A DNA stretch of 63,790 nucleotides, counting the filler, from Collodictyon triciliatum (Eukaryota): assembly GCA_043381765.1 (NCBI GenBank). It is 7 parts of 7 records of this genome, joined end to end, with 100 filler letters (N's around TTAATTAATTAA, not from the genome) between each part and the next. Parts side by side here need not be neighbours in the genome. Positions count along the whole stretch, not along the records: positions 9,587 to 19,070 come from JBHJMP010002990.1; positions 19,171 to 28,651 come from JBHJMP010002991.1; positions 28,752 to 38,229 come from JBHJMP010002992.1; 4 more parts are not named here. One strand, written 5' to 3'. Of the stretch, positions 16,881 through 30,724 are shown one piece after another (the stretch's first letter is position 1; each line of letters starts with the position of its first letter). Made by a program: the position numbers and the translations under genes. The notes beneath the pieces are model-generated. The model ran no database searches. It had not been told where the DNA came from and worked only from the letters and a program-made list of their open reading frames with translations.

Positions 16881-17744
16881 ATGTCACACACAAACCCCGA
16901 CGCACCCAATCTGACTTCCCTGCTGGCACGCCTCGGACGGATGCTGCAGCAAACAAGACGTCGAACAAGCCCTGTCATCAAACTGGACACACCCACAGAA
17001 GCATCCCTCTCATGCCCGTGTCTGCATTCCTCGACCGACTCAGACCTGTCAGCAACTTCATCAACACTCAAAAAGCGCTCCTTGTTCAAATACTATTCAC
17101 GCCTCCTCGACCATGAGCTCTGCAAGTTTGCACCGGGTAGCCTTCCGGGCCTCTATGCGCCATGCAACCCGACCGAGCAGAGCTTTGCAGCCGTCACAGC
17201 AACTGCCGAATGCGAAGGCCTGTCGATTAATCACGCCCCACTTCGAGAGTTTGTGCGCAACCTGCGTCGACTGCGCATTGTGGAGGAAACAGAGCTTGTC
17301 GTCTCTGTGGTCCTGCTGCAGCGTCTGGCCTCGCTCGAAGCCTTGTCTCCTGTCATGGGCCACTCGGCCGCCCCACTTGCCATGGTCTGCATCATGCTGG
17401 CCGCAAAGTGCCTTCAAGACCGCCCCCGCTCAAACTCGGTCTTTGCGTCCCTCTCGGGCTTGCCTCGGCCGCTGCTGAACCGTCTCGAGGTTCATGTTCT
17501 GCACGCCTTGCACGGTGCCCTTCATGTCACTGCCCAGGAATATCGGCTCGCTGAAGAGCTGCTTCAGGAACACATTCACGAGCGGATTCTGCAGGCCCGA
17601 GAAAGCAACAACACAAATTCACTCCCAGATATCTTTGCTTGTGTCCATGCGAAAACAAATGTGTGTCTGAGCCTGTCCTATTCCCCCTTGGCGGAAACGA
17701 ACACCCTCCCTCTTATCCTCCCTCCCAGACCCAGGGATACATGA
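16881..17744 (+). CDS. PHO80/P-U-type cyclin-like protein (intronless; start uncertain)
   Basis: Cyclin-box pattern 'LVVSVVLLQRL...MVCIMLAAKCLQDRPRSNSVFASLSGL...LNRLEVHVLHALHGALHV...EY'. Confidence 0.85.
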   Translation: MSHTNPDAPNLTSLLARLGRMLQQTRRRTSPVIKLDTPTEASLSCPCLHSSTDSDLSATSSTLKKRSLFKYYSRLLDHELCKFAPGSLPGLYAPCNPTEQSFAAVTATAECEGLSINHAPLREFVRNLRRLRIVEETELVVSVVLLQRLASLEALSPVMGHSAAPLAMVCIMLAAKCLQDRPRSNSVFASLSGLPRPLLNRLEVHVLHALHGALHVTAQEYRLAEELLQEHIHERILQARESNNTNSLPDIFACVHAKTNVCLSLSYSPLAETNTLPLILPPRPRDT

Positions 17745-19170
17745 CGCCCTGCGCCCTCTAATCACTCTTCAAGCCTCACATCGCACTGCCATTCGTCTAA
17801 TTGCTGTACTTTTGACTCCAACACGATCATAAACACATGATGTAAAAGCGGGAAAGGGCGTCCCATCATTGTTGTCATCAGTGCTCAGGCATACCATGCG
17901 CAGAATGTGTGATGGAATGTCAAACTACGTGCGCGGCTGCAATATAATAGCAAAATAGATGAAAACTGTGGCTGCGCGCGACTTCGGGCAATGTCATGTA
18001 TATTCCACTTTAGGATGATTGAATTCAAATATTCAAACTTTCAAACAGCATCGACGGTCTTTTCTCTGCCTTCCTGTCTCCTCTGCGGTCTTCTTCATTT
18101 CAAACCACATGGGAAACACTTACTCGTTGGGTGCAAACGAATAACAAAATACAAAGTCTCGCTGCTTCACGCTCTTTCTTTTTTCTTTACTTTTCTTTTC
18201 TTTTCTTTTCTCTTCTTTTCTTTTCATTTATCAGACAGTCAGAAATGATGAACACGAAAGCCAAAACGCTCTTTGTTTCGTCCAAGGAGTCATGACAGCA
18301 AAACAGCATCTCCATCATCCCAATTACCATTAGTTGATCAGTTCTGACGAGAGCGTTCTAGGATCGACAGACAATATTCCTTCCTCCGAGTGCTGCTTCG
18401 CCAAACAACTCAACCGGAGCTTCTCGTGCAGCCTCCTTCGCTGGGTTTCTTTTGTTTACTCCCAGTGTCCTGTTTATCCCGTGTAAGTAAGACATACTCG
18501 CGAAAGGAAAAATAAGGGTGCCATGCTTCCCGATCCCACACAAACAGACTACTGTGCGGTTTATCAGTGGTCTCCTTCTGGTTGTGTTATCATGCGACTC
18601 ATTCCTTTGTATTCACTCCGCAGAGACTTCTGGGCAGCCAAAACTCCCTTCTGAAGCCTTTTGTTAACTCATGAATTTACTTGCTGATCACATCTCTGGG
18701 CTTTCCCTCACATCAGGCAAATCAGACACGGCTCCCGTGAGTATAACATTAAAAGCAAAACTAAACAATAAGAAAACATGGAAAAATAAACGAAAACCCA
18801 AGCTAAAAAAACCAAGCTAAAAAAACCAAGCTAAAAAAACCAAGCTAAAAAACCAAGCTGAAAAACCAAGCTGAAAAACCAAGCTAAAAAATCAAGCAAA
18901 AAACAAGCAAAAAACAAAGCAAAAAACAAAGCAAAAAACAAAGCAAAAAACAAAGCAAAAAACAAAGCAAAAAACAAAGCAAAAAACAAAGCAAAAAAAC
19001 AAAGCAAAAAACAAAAAACAACAACAAAAAACAACAACAAAAAACAACAACAAAAAACAACAACAAAAAANNNNNNNNNNNNNNNNNNNNNNNNNNNNNN
19101 NNNNNNNNNNNNNNTTAATTAATTAANNNNNNNNNNNNNNNNNNNNNNNNNNNNNNNNNNNNNNNNNNNN

Positions 19171-19212
<42 letters not shown>

Positions 19213-19273
19213 AAAAAAAACAAAAAAAACAAAAAAAAACAAAAAAATAGCCAGCTCTCAAAACAGGCAAAGG

Positions 19274-19932
19274 ATGCTCTCTCCACGCCCAGCCGCCGCC
19301 TGGATGCCTGAGCCCACAGGGCACGACTGCCTCCTCTCGGCCGACCTAGACGACCTTGACAAAGCAGCAGACGCGCTATTTGCCGAGCCCCGCTCCATCG
19401 AGCTGCGCCTGCGCCACGCAGAGCCTGCACGCGAGGACGATGCACACAACACCGCTCCGATCCTGGACGAGGATCCCTACACGCCGCTGCTGAGTCTTCG
19501 AGCGCAACCGCGACTGCACCATTCTCCGAACAAATCAGAACGCATACATTCTCCGAACGCCGCGGGGCATTCCGAGACCACGACATCCGCACCATCCACT
19601 CTGACAGCTGCCCTGCACGCAGCCGCAAAAGAAGACCCTGCCTCTGGCCCCATCAAAAGCAAATATCGGCCCTTAAGGATTGGCGAGCACTACTATGTGC
19701 CCGCACTTGCGGCGTTCAGTTACCTCGGCCCCGATGCCGTTGCTGCTGCTGCTGCTGCTGCTGGCGTGGCTCTGGATGATTTCGCCCTGAACTCACAGCC
19801 TCCGCAGCAGTTGCATCTGGTCTGCACAAAGGCCACGCTCACACGCATCACGCCGAACCGTCCGCCACTGGTGGTCGCAGATAGCAAGGTTGGTCGCCAC
19901 TATTTTCCGTCTCGCTTGACTCATGATTGCTG

Positions 19933-20031
<99 letters not shown>

Positions 20032-20538
20032 CATCCATCCATCCATCCACCCACCCACCCATCCATCTATCTATTTCTCCACTTTGAAGTCTTTATCTGG
20101 CGAGTCAATGTAAACCTTCCTCTTGACTCTGTATAGACGCGCTTGTTCCATCTTTTCCTCTCACTCCATTTGCAGGTCGTTGTCAGCACCACGTGTCTGT
20201 ACTGCAAGCGTGTCATGGCTGTCGGGCATCGTCGCTGTCCTCAGTGCAATGAGTGGCTTGTCAAGAAAGGGTTTGTGCAATTGTGGGTGTCGATGCCGCC
20301 TCGCGCTCCTTCGTTGACTATTCATGCTAATGTCCACCTCCCCTGTTAGGTGCTGTCCCATCTTGTGACTAGGCCTATCTGCCTTCTGGAAAGCTCCTTG
20401 TGTATATGGATTGGCTCATTTCGTCTTTGGGGGCACCATCTGCGCCCAACGTCTCTGCCATCCTTGTCCTTGGTTCTCTCCTGCTTCTGTTGGGGTTTTC
20501 TGTTCATTCATCTGCTCTCTTCATGCTCTCCTCGTGAC
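19274..20538 (+). CDS. Hypothetical protein with CxxC-CxxC zinc ribbon and hydrophobic C-terminus, 3 exons
   Basis: GC-rich exon 1 ORF; exon 2 'CLYCKRVMAVGHRRCPQCNEW'; exon 3 ends 'AILVLGSLLLLLGFSVHSSALFMLSS*'. Splice sites inferred. Confidence 0.55.
19933..20072. repeat. Intronic (TATC)n microsatellite; other intronic repeats at ~11614-11735 (TTTCTCTC), ~22776-22883 (AAAAC), ~28150-28210 (AAAG), ~51775-51998, ~52785-52930, ~55958-56153 (GACAAAA), ~58240-58325 (GATGAGA)
   Basis: Direct reading; these tracts lie inside inferred introns. Confidence 0.9.
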
Positions 20539-20978
20539 TTTCCTTTCTCTTATCTCTTTCTTTCGCCATCATCATCACCATCATCGGGTTTGCCCTCTGC
20601 CAATCAGCCAAATCTGTATATACAAGCCGCGCCCTTAAAGTCCAATCACAACACCTTTTCTGGAACAGAACACTTTTTTTTTGTGGGGCTATTGAGAGAA
20701 TGTGATCGGTTTCAGTGTTTCAACCTGAGCCGTGGTCACTTTGCTTTATCTCAACATAGTGCGAGTTGTCCTTCAAAAAGAGGGTTGCGTTGTGCGGTGG
20801 TTGTGTGGATTATATCAAATAATATCGTGTATAATAAATAAATAAATAAATAAATAACAGAGTAAAATACGAAACAACGAATACACCTCACCCAGAGAAC
20901 AGTTGGCCGATCAATTTGATTACTGACTGACTGATTTAACTGAAACGAACAGGCCAGCAGCGCGTAGGAGCCGCCGCA

Positions 20979-23053
20979 ATGACCGACCGCAAAGTGACTA
21001 TCGGACTCGTATGAGCTCATCAGACATAATTACACAGAAAGAAAAAAAAAGGAGAAAGAGGTGGTAGGTTTTTTTTCTTTCCTGACAAATCCACTCTTAC
21101 TCTTTGCAGGTTCAAGAAACTTGGCACGCTGACCCTGAAGAGCACAAAGCTGCTCTCCGCAAAGGCATCGAAGAGGCTGTCAAGAATGGAGCGCAGCTAG
21201 TTGCTTTGCAGGCATGTGTTCATCCTATGGAGAGGCAGAATCAAGCTATCTCTTTCTTTTCTTTTTCTGTTCTTTACCCTCCTTGTGCAAATACTCCCGC
21301 CTCTGTATGACGGATTTATATTTCGCTCGTATGCCGCTAGGTGGCTCCCAGTTTATATTTCTGACTGATATATATATATATATACATATATATTATTGTG
21401 TGCATCTGCCTTTGACCTCAGGAACTTACTCTCCACCGCTACTTTGGCGATGTCATGGATGAATCGCTCTTCTCCTTGGCCGAGCCTCTTGAAAATGGAC
21501 CCACTGGACAGTTCTGCAGTCAAGTCTCTGCTGAATACAAAGTTCATGTAGTCGCCTCTCTGTTTGAGGTAATTGTTTTCTGCCCTCATTAATTTTGCAT
21601 GAACTTCCCAGATGATGTCATTCTGGCACAGACTCAGCAGCTTGGGTGGGATTGCAGACCACTTTGCGAATCGTGTCTTTAAAGACTTTGATATACGACA
21701 AAATATTTTCTTTATTTTCTTTGTCATTTTACTAATTGATGATATTTTTGTGTTGCGTTTAGGATGCTTCGCACATCAAGCCCAATCTGCGTTTCAACAC
21801 CGCAGTCATCTATGGACCAGAAGGCAAGATGGTTGCATTCACACGCAAGCAGCACATTCCCCGCGGAACTGGTTACGAAGAGGAGTTTTACTTTCAGCCG
21901 GGCGACTCTGACTATCCTGTTCACGATCTCGGGTTCATTAAAATTGGCGTCCCAACTTGCTACGATCAGGTCCTTGGATGGTTTTATTATTCATCTGTCT
22001 TGTATTCCTCTCCATCGTTTCTTTTCGTGCTATTTTCTATGAAAGCTATACTCTCAACATTTCTATGAAAATAATCCATCTCAGCTCATTATTTTGCTAC
22101 ATCATTAGTCCTATTTATCTTTGTCTTTATCGATTCATATCATATCACTTGTCAATTTGAACCGGAAAACCTTTTTCTTTTTCCGTTTATGAACATATTG
22201 ATACCACGGAGCCACGATACCTACATAATCTTATATGCAGTGGTTCCCTGAGCTGGCTCGAATCTATGGTCTGAAAGGTGCTGAATTGCTGCTGTATCCC
22301 ACCGCGATTGGCAGCGAGCCCAATTTCCCTGGACTAGATACAGAACCCATGTGGCAAACCATGATGACTTCCCATGCTATCTGCAATGGTTCTCTTTCAT
22401 CGTCATCGTCATCGTCATCATCATCATTATTATTTAGTTAAAATAACACCAAAAATAGAAACTATTAAAAATTAATTTCTTTGCTCCAATATTGCTATGA
22501 ATATAAATTGTGCGCACAAAGCATCAAAATTACTATGCTGAAATTTACCCAAGAATACATTGAATACTAGGCCTCTTTATCGGTGCCATCAACCGTACTG
22601 GACAAGAAACCATGGTAAAGTTCTATGGCTCCTCCTTCGTCTGTGACCCCACAGGAAAAGTCATCGCGCAGGTACTGTAAATTCCACAATTTGCAACACT
22701 CATCACCAAATCCACGATGGGCTGTGTCTTGACATCGATCGCAGCATTGCGCACATATGCCATCTTCTGCCACCCACAAAACAAAACAAAACAAAACAAA
22801 ACAAAACAAAACAAAACAAAACAAAACAAAACAAAACAAAACAAAACAAAACAAAACAAAACAAAACAAAACAAAACAAAACAACAATATAGAAACAAAA
22901 CATTCGATAATACCTACAGGCGCCTCGTGATGAGGCTCAAGTCGTTGTAGCCACGTTGGATTTCGCTGTGATGAAGTTCTGGCGCGAACTTTTCCCATTG
23001 CCGAAGCAGCGTCAGCCACACACATACAATCTCCTCCTAAAGCCCAACAGTGA
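20979..23053 (+). CDS. Nitrilase-superfamily amidohydrolase (N-carbamoylputrescine amidase-like), 7 exons
   Basis: Catalytic triad contexts 'ALQELTL' (E), 'RKQHIP' (K), 'TCYDQWFPE' (C); also 'YPTAIGSEP' and 'FYGSSFVCDPTG'. Confidence 0.93.
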
Positions 23054-24483
23054 GAACTAAACCCAAACCAGAAACCCTTGCAACAAACAACCCATTCATC
23101 TTCCTCTTTGAAATCAGACACTTACCATTTTTTTTCCTTGTGTCAGCGGCGTTTTGTAAGACATCTATCTATCTATCTATCTATCTAATGCGCACAGTTT
23201 CTCATACCCATGCGAATATTGCCTTGGGTGGATTATATGTGTGCGTGCGCTCATTGGGTTGCTGCAAAGGAAGGCGATAGACGCAACTACCAAGTCAAGA
23301 CTTCTTTCTATGCTGCTCGTGAGCACATGAATGCATTTTTTTGGTCCACAGAATTTCTTTGATTGATCACAGCCCGTCCCTTTGATGCAAAAATTCATTT
23401 ATACAACAGCGAAGCGAGGGGATAACAGACGCATGGCTTGACTCAGAAGAAACCTTCTTTCTTTCTCTTTTTTCTTGAATGGCCTCGGCTCTTCTGACGA
23501 GTTCCTCACACATAACACAAAACAAACAACGAGCTATTTGGTTACAGGACTTCAGGAAAGTCCGACTCTGCGCACCGATGCCGCGGCGGAAAATTGGGTA
23601 CAAGTGGAATGATTTTACACGTGGGTCGATTGAATCCATAAAAGAAACAACCATATCGCGTAGGCTGCCTTGCTGGTCGCCAACACAGGATGTGGAAGAA
23701 GGAAGCAATGTTGTTAACATACTTTGCTCACCCTTTCTGTGTTTTTTTTTTCTTCTTCTCATCTTCTTTTGCAGAGGGCTTTGATCTATGCTCACGCGCT
23801 CTGCATCTGTCCTTTTCTTCTTGGGGATGTTTGGCTGCTTCCAAATTCCAACCAAGCAGCTTTTCTTCAGACCTGAAATTTTCCGTCTCCCTCTCTTTTT
23901 TTTTTTTTTGCCTTTTTTTTCGTTTTCTTTTTCTTATTTTTCTCCTTTCCTTTCCTTTCCTTTCCCTTCTTTTCCTCTACTTTCCCCTCCTTTCTTTTTC
24001 ATTTTTTTCTATCTTTCTGCTTTCCTATTCCAAGTCAAACCACACAGATCAAAGTACTCGACGACATTTGAAAGTGGAGGAAACCCGTCTGTTGTGAAGT
24101 GGTTTGCTGGGGGTGTATGTGTGTGTGAGAAGAGTTCAGATGGCTGGTTGGTTTTGCTTGGCGTTAAGGCTTCTAATTAATTGCTTGGAAATATGCATGA
24201 TCTTCTTCCTTCTTTTATCTTTTAACTTTGTTTCTCTGTTTCTTTCAATATACTTTAGAATTTGGGGTTTTTATTTATATACTTTTACTGCAGGTGAGCG
24301 ATTTTGTCGGGTTTTGATCGTACGAGTTGTGGAGTAGCATAATTGTTTTCACTTTCGTCTTGCTTCCTTTGAGATAGAAGAGCGCTGACAAACATAAAGA
24401 AGTGATTTTGCTTGACTTTGGTTCTCTCTTCTGCTGACTAATTATATTGCCTACAAAGAACCTTCTGGAGCAAGCTCTTCAGA

Positions 24484-27400
24484 ATGACAAGTATGGTTTC
24501 TGTACAGCACTTTCCCAGTGGCGTTTGTGCGAGAATCCTTCTCTTACCTACTCCGAACTCTATGCATAATTATTCCTTTAACTCACTCATTCTCGTATGT
24601 ATTCATTCCCTCGTATGTCTATGTCAATAACCTTACCTTTATTCACATTTACATAATCGTAGGCACACCAGAGGATTCCACTTCTCCTGTAGCTCCTCGA
24701 TCACAGCCCTCTGTTCGACAACCAGATCGAGTATTTGAATATTTTGTTATTGTTGGTATTGGTAATGTCCCACGGGTCATCTCATGTGAGTTATTGAATG
24801 TAATCAAATAAAACTCTTGTTTTTTTTAAAAGGTCCCAAACACTTTACATATATATTTATTTTATCGACATATACTCACAAAAGCTTATATATAACGAAA
24901 TGATGCTTGTGTAAACACATGAATAGATATCAAGAAAGATACACCTGTTTTTGCTGGGAGCATCCTCCATAGATACCCATCAGATGATTATGAAGGCTGG
25001 CCACTTCACGAGCAATTATCTCAGGTCTCACTTTCTGAGAGAGAATAAATATTATCTGATGAATAAATATCGTATATTTCATATGTTCTTAACTACTTTT
25101 ATCCCTCAAATCACGATTTAGTTTTGCCTTCCCGATGGCTTCGTCCCGGTTGAGATACTCCCTGATGATGAAGAGCCTGACATTCAGGTCACTCCATTCG
25201 TTTTAACAGGTCTTGAGGATACAAGCAGATTGTTTGCCACATCAGTTCGAATCATGGTTCCATTTCATGGAGAAAACATATCAGCCATGGGGATGTCCCA
25301 AGCTCAATCTGGGTAAGATATATTTACAACAATTTTACAAAACCGCTTTGACTTTACTTGAATATTTCATATTGAAATCATAATGCGATTGAAACCAAAA
25401 CGTCATTTTATTTATACAGACATCGACGAGGAGGTTCCTCAGCAAGTGTAAGAGTTTTTTTTTCTTTGCTCTCGTTGATAATTGCAACATAATTTTTTTC
25501 TCTATTTCCTTAACGCAAATGACATTGATTCTCATTCCTCTTTGCGCTTTATCACACCACGATTATCAATTCATATATACCACATACATTTAGGGGCCAG
25601 GAAATCCACTTAGCCCAAGAGCAGGAGCCTCACCACCAACATCCTCATCTGAAACATTCAAGCTAAAAAGATATGGAACGATGCGTAGATTGACATTTTC
25701 CATGAAAAAAGTTTCGGAAAAAATACCCATATGTTTTTGCATATTATCCCGATTCCCGATTTTCAAGTTCCAAGATGATCTTCTCAGACACATATATGAT
25801 GTTTACTCACAAGCCTGGAAAAGGCACGCGACTTCTGTTGATGACGTAAGTTTACAATTTACTCGACCAACATATGTAGCATTTACACCATGAATCGAAT
25901 AAAGGAAAAAACAAACAAACAGATGTAGTACCCATCTCTTTCTTTCCCTTCCTTCATTTGATTCAAAGTGGGAAGCGGTCATCCTAAATAGTACACGCAT
26001 ATTTCATATAAGTACGTGTAATGGGCAAAATATACTAGGGCCGACTTCTCGAGACTATTTATACAAAAGATATTCTCCCGATGCTAGTCTCATTCCAAAA
26101 GAAAGGTGTATTCCCTTCAGGATTCCAAGAAGTCATTGAGTTCGATAGGAAAAAGGATATATCATTGACTTTTGTGGCTTCTCCGATATCTGATTTTCCC
26201 TTCATAGATGTATCCGCAAAATCGTATTAAGCATTACCAATGAGTTGCATAACTTAAATATGTATATGCATGATTTTTATCTATGAAATGCTGTCCTAAA
26301 TCTTAGTTCTATGTTCGAAGTACAATCCTTAACATCTCCAAGTTTTCCCTGAAAGATTTTGGGATGGAGCTTTCCTTGAGCAACATCATACTTTTGATTC
26401 GATGTCTATTGATGGAAAAGTCTGTGCTTATGTACTCCTCCACATTCTCTAAAATCACTTATGTTGCACAAACACTCTGCACGTTATTGGTAAGACTCAT
26501 ATCGAATTGATAAACATAAGTTAAGGAATAATTTTCTTAAAGTAATATATGTTTATTTGGAAAGTCGAAAATGAAAATTAGAATAGAAATAACATCATGC
26601 GTGTTCCCTGGTAATAAATTCTGTGTTTTTTTTTTTTTTTTTACTGCATCAATTTAATTCATTATTTTTTGAAAAAAAAGTTTCCGTTCAAGTACCAGCA
26701 CGTATACTCGCCAGTCCTACCACCAGCTTTTGAGGATTTTATCTATGCACCAACAGCTTATGTGCTTGGAATACACGCAGATATGATAAAGTTGAACTCT
26801 ATAATACCTTTTTTTCTTTAAAATAATTTACTTCATACCATATACGCAAACCAAAGTGTATCAGCAGTTACCGATGATGTCTATATGTGCGTTTAATATG
26901 TTATATAATAGCAGGAATATATGTTCCTTTTCTTTTTTTTTGGAAAATATTTATTGAGCCATTTGCTTCTATATCAGAGATGCCCAAGAAAAATGCAATC
27001 ATCTACCCGATGTAGTTTTTGTTGACATTGACAAAAATTCGATCCTATTTTCACAAGGATTCTGGGTTCCTGATTTTCCTCAAGAACAACTAGAATACGT
27101 ATGATATCTTTTTAGGTTTTTTTTTTTGAAATTTTACTCTGATAATTAAAATGATTTAGACTGACTCTTCCTTAAAATTCTGATAATATTAGTTGGTGAA
27201 TGAATTGATGGAAATTCGAGTTCAAGATGAGGATATTAAGTTAGAGCAAAGTCTCTACTCAATGAGAGTTCGAAAAGCGTTTCTGGACTTCTTCGCTCAT
27301 ATATTTAAGGATTATAGGAGATATTACGTGGCATCTGAGGTGGACTTGCTGAATCTGTAAGCAACTGGCTTTGATTTATTTTTTCTTTTACTTATCAGCA

Positions 27401-28150
27401 TGCACTCCGAATGCTCATTCATTTAATTTTACTAGATATATGTGAATATATTATTATTTCGCTTTTGAATTCCTCTTCTATTGTCCATATATACCAAATA
27501 ATAATTACTTTTCAACTCAATCAATCACACAATAAAATCATTCCTCCAAAAAGACCTGGGCTGAACGAAGTCTTCAATGTGTCCCAATTCATCTCTGACT
27601 CAAAAAAGGACTGTCAGGTATTATTTTCAACAAACCGAAATGTGGAATTTAATGCCAAATTAACATTAGAGTAAATCTTTACTCTGCAGGAATTTCTCAC
27701 TGATTTTACCGAAACGTCAACATTCTACTCTTTTGTTTTATCCAAATTCAGTCGTGATATCCCATTCAACGTGTTTGACGATTACATAGACATATTTGTT
27801 ACGTCTCAGAAAGCATCGGTATAATCAGCATTAGCGATTGTTTAAACTTGCATACGTGTTTACTCTTAAAGAACTATTCACAATTGAATTGTTGTTTTCT
27901 GATGAATAGCAAACATGATACATGAATAAATACATTTATTAATGCACTTCATCAATTTTCTCCAGGTTCCGTTTTTCTTGAAATACTTTGGCATGCCTGA
28001 CCAACCAGAAGAACTCACAAGTTCTGCGGAAGGTCGCCGTAATTTAGCCGGAACTTCAGTTGATTCAGGAAATTATATGACGACAGAACTGTCTTCCTCA
28101 CTAGGTGGTACGCCTAGTTCAAGTAAGTACCAATCAATATATTCCTAATA

Positions 28151-28210
<60 letters not shown>

Positions 28211-28530
28211 GGAAGGGAAAATCGATTATTATTTTAAAAAACTAATAATAATCATAAGTTAATTGACTCGCGCAATATCTTATGCTAGGCCCACACCTTA
28301 CCTCTAAAGCACATCGAATATCAAACCCACCTGCTGTGAATAAAGAGGCACGCCTTTTTAAGGAGGTGTTGAAGGCAGTGATTAACCCCTTGGTGACCGG
28401 AAATCTGCCTATTCCTCTCCAACTCACGCTAAAAAGGCTTGAGCCATTCTGTGGCATCAGCGAGTTTCATGCAACTTTGGACTTTATGAGATTAGTTGCA
28501 CAAACCTCCATAAAAGGAGTTCCACAAGGT
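24484..28530 (+). CDS. DENN-domain protein (Rab GEF family), 3' end probably truncated by gap
   Basis: uDENN 'VFEYFVIVG', 'LHRYP...FCLPDG'; cDENN 'CFCILSRFP', 'LLMEKSVL', 'FPFKYQHVYSPVLP', 'APTAYVLGIH', 'DVVFVDIDKN'. Confidence 0.9.
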
Positions 28531-28751
28531 TAGTACTCATTTTCGTTTTGAATCACACACTAAAATTATGAGCGTATGTATGAAATGTTCGAATGTAAGC
28601 TGCGACTTGTATTTTTTTTTTTTTTTTAAATCATGAATCTTTTTCACCCATNNNNNNNNNNNNNNNNNNNNNNNNNNNNNNNNNNNNNNNNNNNNTTAAT
28701 TAATTAANNNNNNNNNNNNNNNNNNNNNNNNNNNNNNNNNNNNNNNNNNNN

Positions 28752-28836
<85 letters not shown>

Positions 28837-29000
28837 AAACAAAAAAACAAACAAACAAACAAACAAAAAAAAACAAACAAAAAAATAAGAACGAAACGAA
28901 AAAGAAAAAAAAAAAGAAAACAAAGAGATAAAAAGAAAGGAAAAATTGAGCAAATGACTTTGACAACCCCCCTTAGGACTCCCCTCCTCTCTAACCCAGC

Positions 29001-30724
29001 ATGGCCCGAAAAGTAGTGTCGCTCTGGCTTTGCGCAGCCTTTTTAGTGCTTCTTCCTTTGTGCGCCCGCACAGCGCCTGTCACGAATCACCGTGCAGGTT
29101 CATTCCCGAATCCTCTTCTTTTTTTTTTTTATGAAAACTCAAAGGTAGTTGTTTTCTTCTGCACAAACAATTCAAAAAGACTGAGCATTCTCGCTGCTTC
29201 TGACGAAAGGCCAAACCAACGACACGAACAATGCTGCGGCCGTCGCTGTCCAGAGTTTCAATATTCGCTACGGCACCGCAAACGACGGGACAAACAGCTG
29301 GCGCTATCGCTACCAAATGGTTTTCGACACCATCCGAGGCCAACAGATGGTTGGATTGCAAGAGGTTTGCAGTCGGAAAAAGACAAATACGTGAAAGGAA
29401 AAGAGGAAAACAAAAAAGAAAGAGAGATAGAGAGAAAAAGAAAGGAAGAAGAAAACAGAAGAGAGGGCGAGATAAGAGAGAAAGAAGGGGTAAAATTGTG
29501 TACTATCAGCGACAAGTATCAGAAAAAGAAGAGGGAATGTATTAGGCCATAACTATCTCTATAACAGAAGGCACATTAGCAAACATACAAAACAAAACAA
29601 AACAAACATAGGCACTTTATTTCCAAATCACTGAGATCATTCAAGCCCTTCCACAATACTCTTTCATTGGTGTGGGTCGCGACGATGGTGAAAAAGCTGG
29701 AGAGTTCTCGGCCATATTATATTCGAAGGACCAATTCAAGGTCTACCAACATGGGACGTATCCAAACCTAAAGCCTCTATTATGCAAAGCAGACCAACAC
29801 ATCTTCTCCAATATATTTATGCGTCCATTTCCCACATAATATATACATACATAAATTATTACTTTTTTTTTAAAAAAAAAAAGAAACTGACAAAGTATGT
29901 TGAATTAAACGAGAACAACAGAAATGTTTTCATGACAAGTCACAAAGATTCTGGTTTTGCGACCGCCCAGACCAACCAGGATGCACAAGCTATGGCAACT
30001 CCATCCCCAGGATATGTACATGGGGATTGTTTGAGGACTTGAGCACGGGAAAGCCTTTCTTTCATTACAACGTCCATCTCGACCATAACTCAGCAAATTC
30101 TCGCCTTATGAGCGTGCAGCAATTGATTACGCATGTCCGCTCTTCAGCCTTGACCAACCCTGGGGTACAAACTTTTCTCTCCATTTTATTTTTCCAAAGA
30201 AAACCACGGCTATTTCCATGTAGTTTATATCCCCTTTTAATCTTCTCTCTTTTTTCTTTACTATTTTTTTTTTATTTTTTTGTTATCTCTAGTTATTCGT
30301 CGCTGATGCTATTGTATGATATCAGGTCCCTTTTATTGTCACGGGTGACTTTAACAACGCAAATGAAACCAGCCCGGAGATCGAACTCATGCGCAGCTCC
30401 GGCTTTGTTGACACCTTCCGTGCTCTCTATCCGACTGCAACAAATACAGGGACTTTCAACGGATGGACGGGTGAGTGAACATGCCAATCCATCCTTTCTC
30501 GCCCTTACTGCCCAACGCATTATCAGCATTATCTGACGTGTATCCCTGTCTTGTTTCAAGGTAACAAATCGGGTGCGAAGATAGATTTTGTGTGGATCTC
30601 AAACTCTGTCGAATTCGGGACGCCTTTTATTATTTCTGCTGCGTCAATCAACCACTACAACGTGAACGGAAAGTACCCGTCAGATCACTTTCCGGTCGAG
30701 GCTGTCCTGACACACCCTCGCTAA
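29001..30724 (+). CDS. Secreted endonuclease/exonuclease/phosphatase (EEP) family protein
   Basis: Signal peptide; 'SFNIRYG', 'VGLQE', 'GVGRDDG..AGEFSAILY', 'PRICTW', 'NVHLDH', 'VTGDFN', 'KIDFVW', 'YPSDHFPV'. Confidence 0.92.

Noticed and set aside
18245-18347. Possible C/D box snoRNA (ATGATGA ... CTGA)
   Set aside because: No terminal stem flanking the boxes and no rRNA-complementary guide that I could identify.
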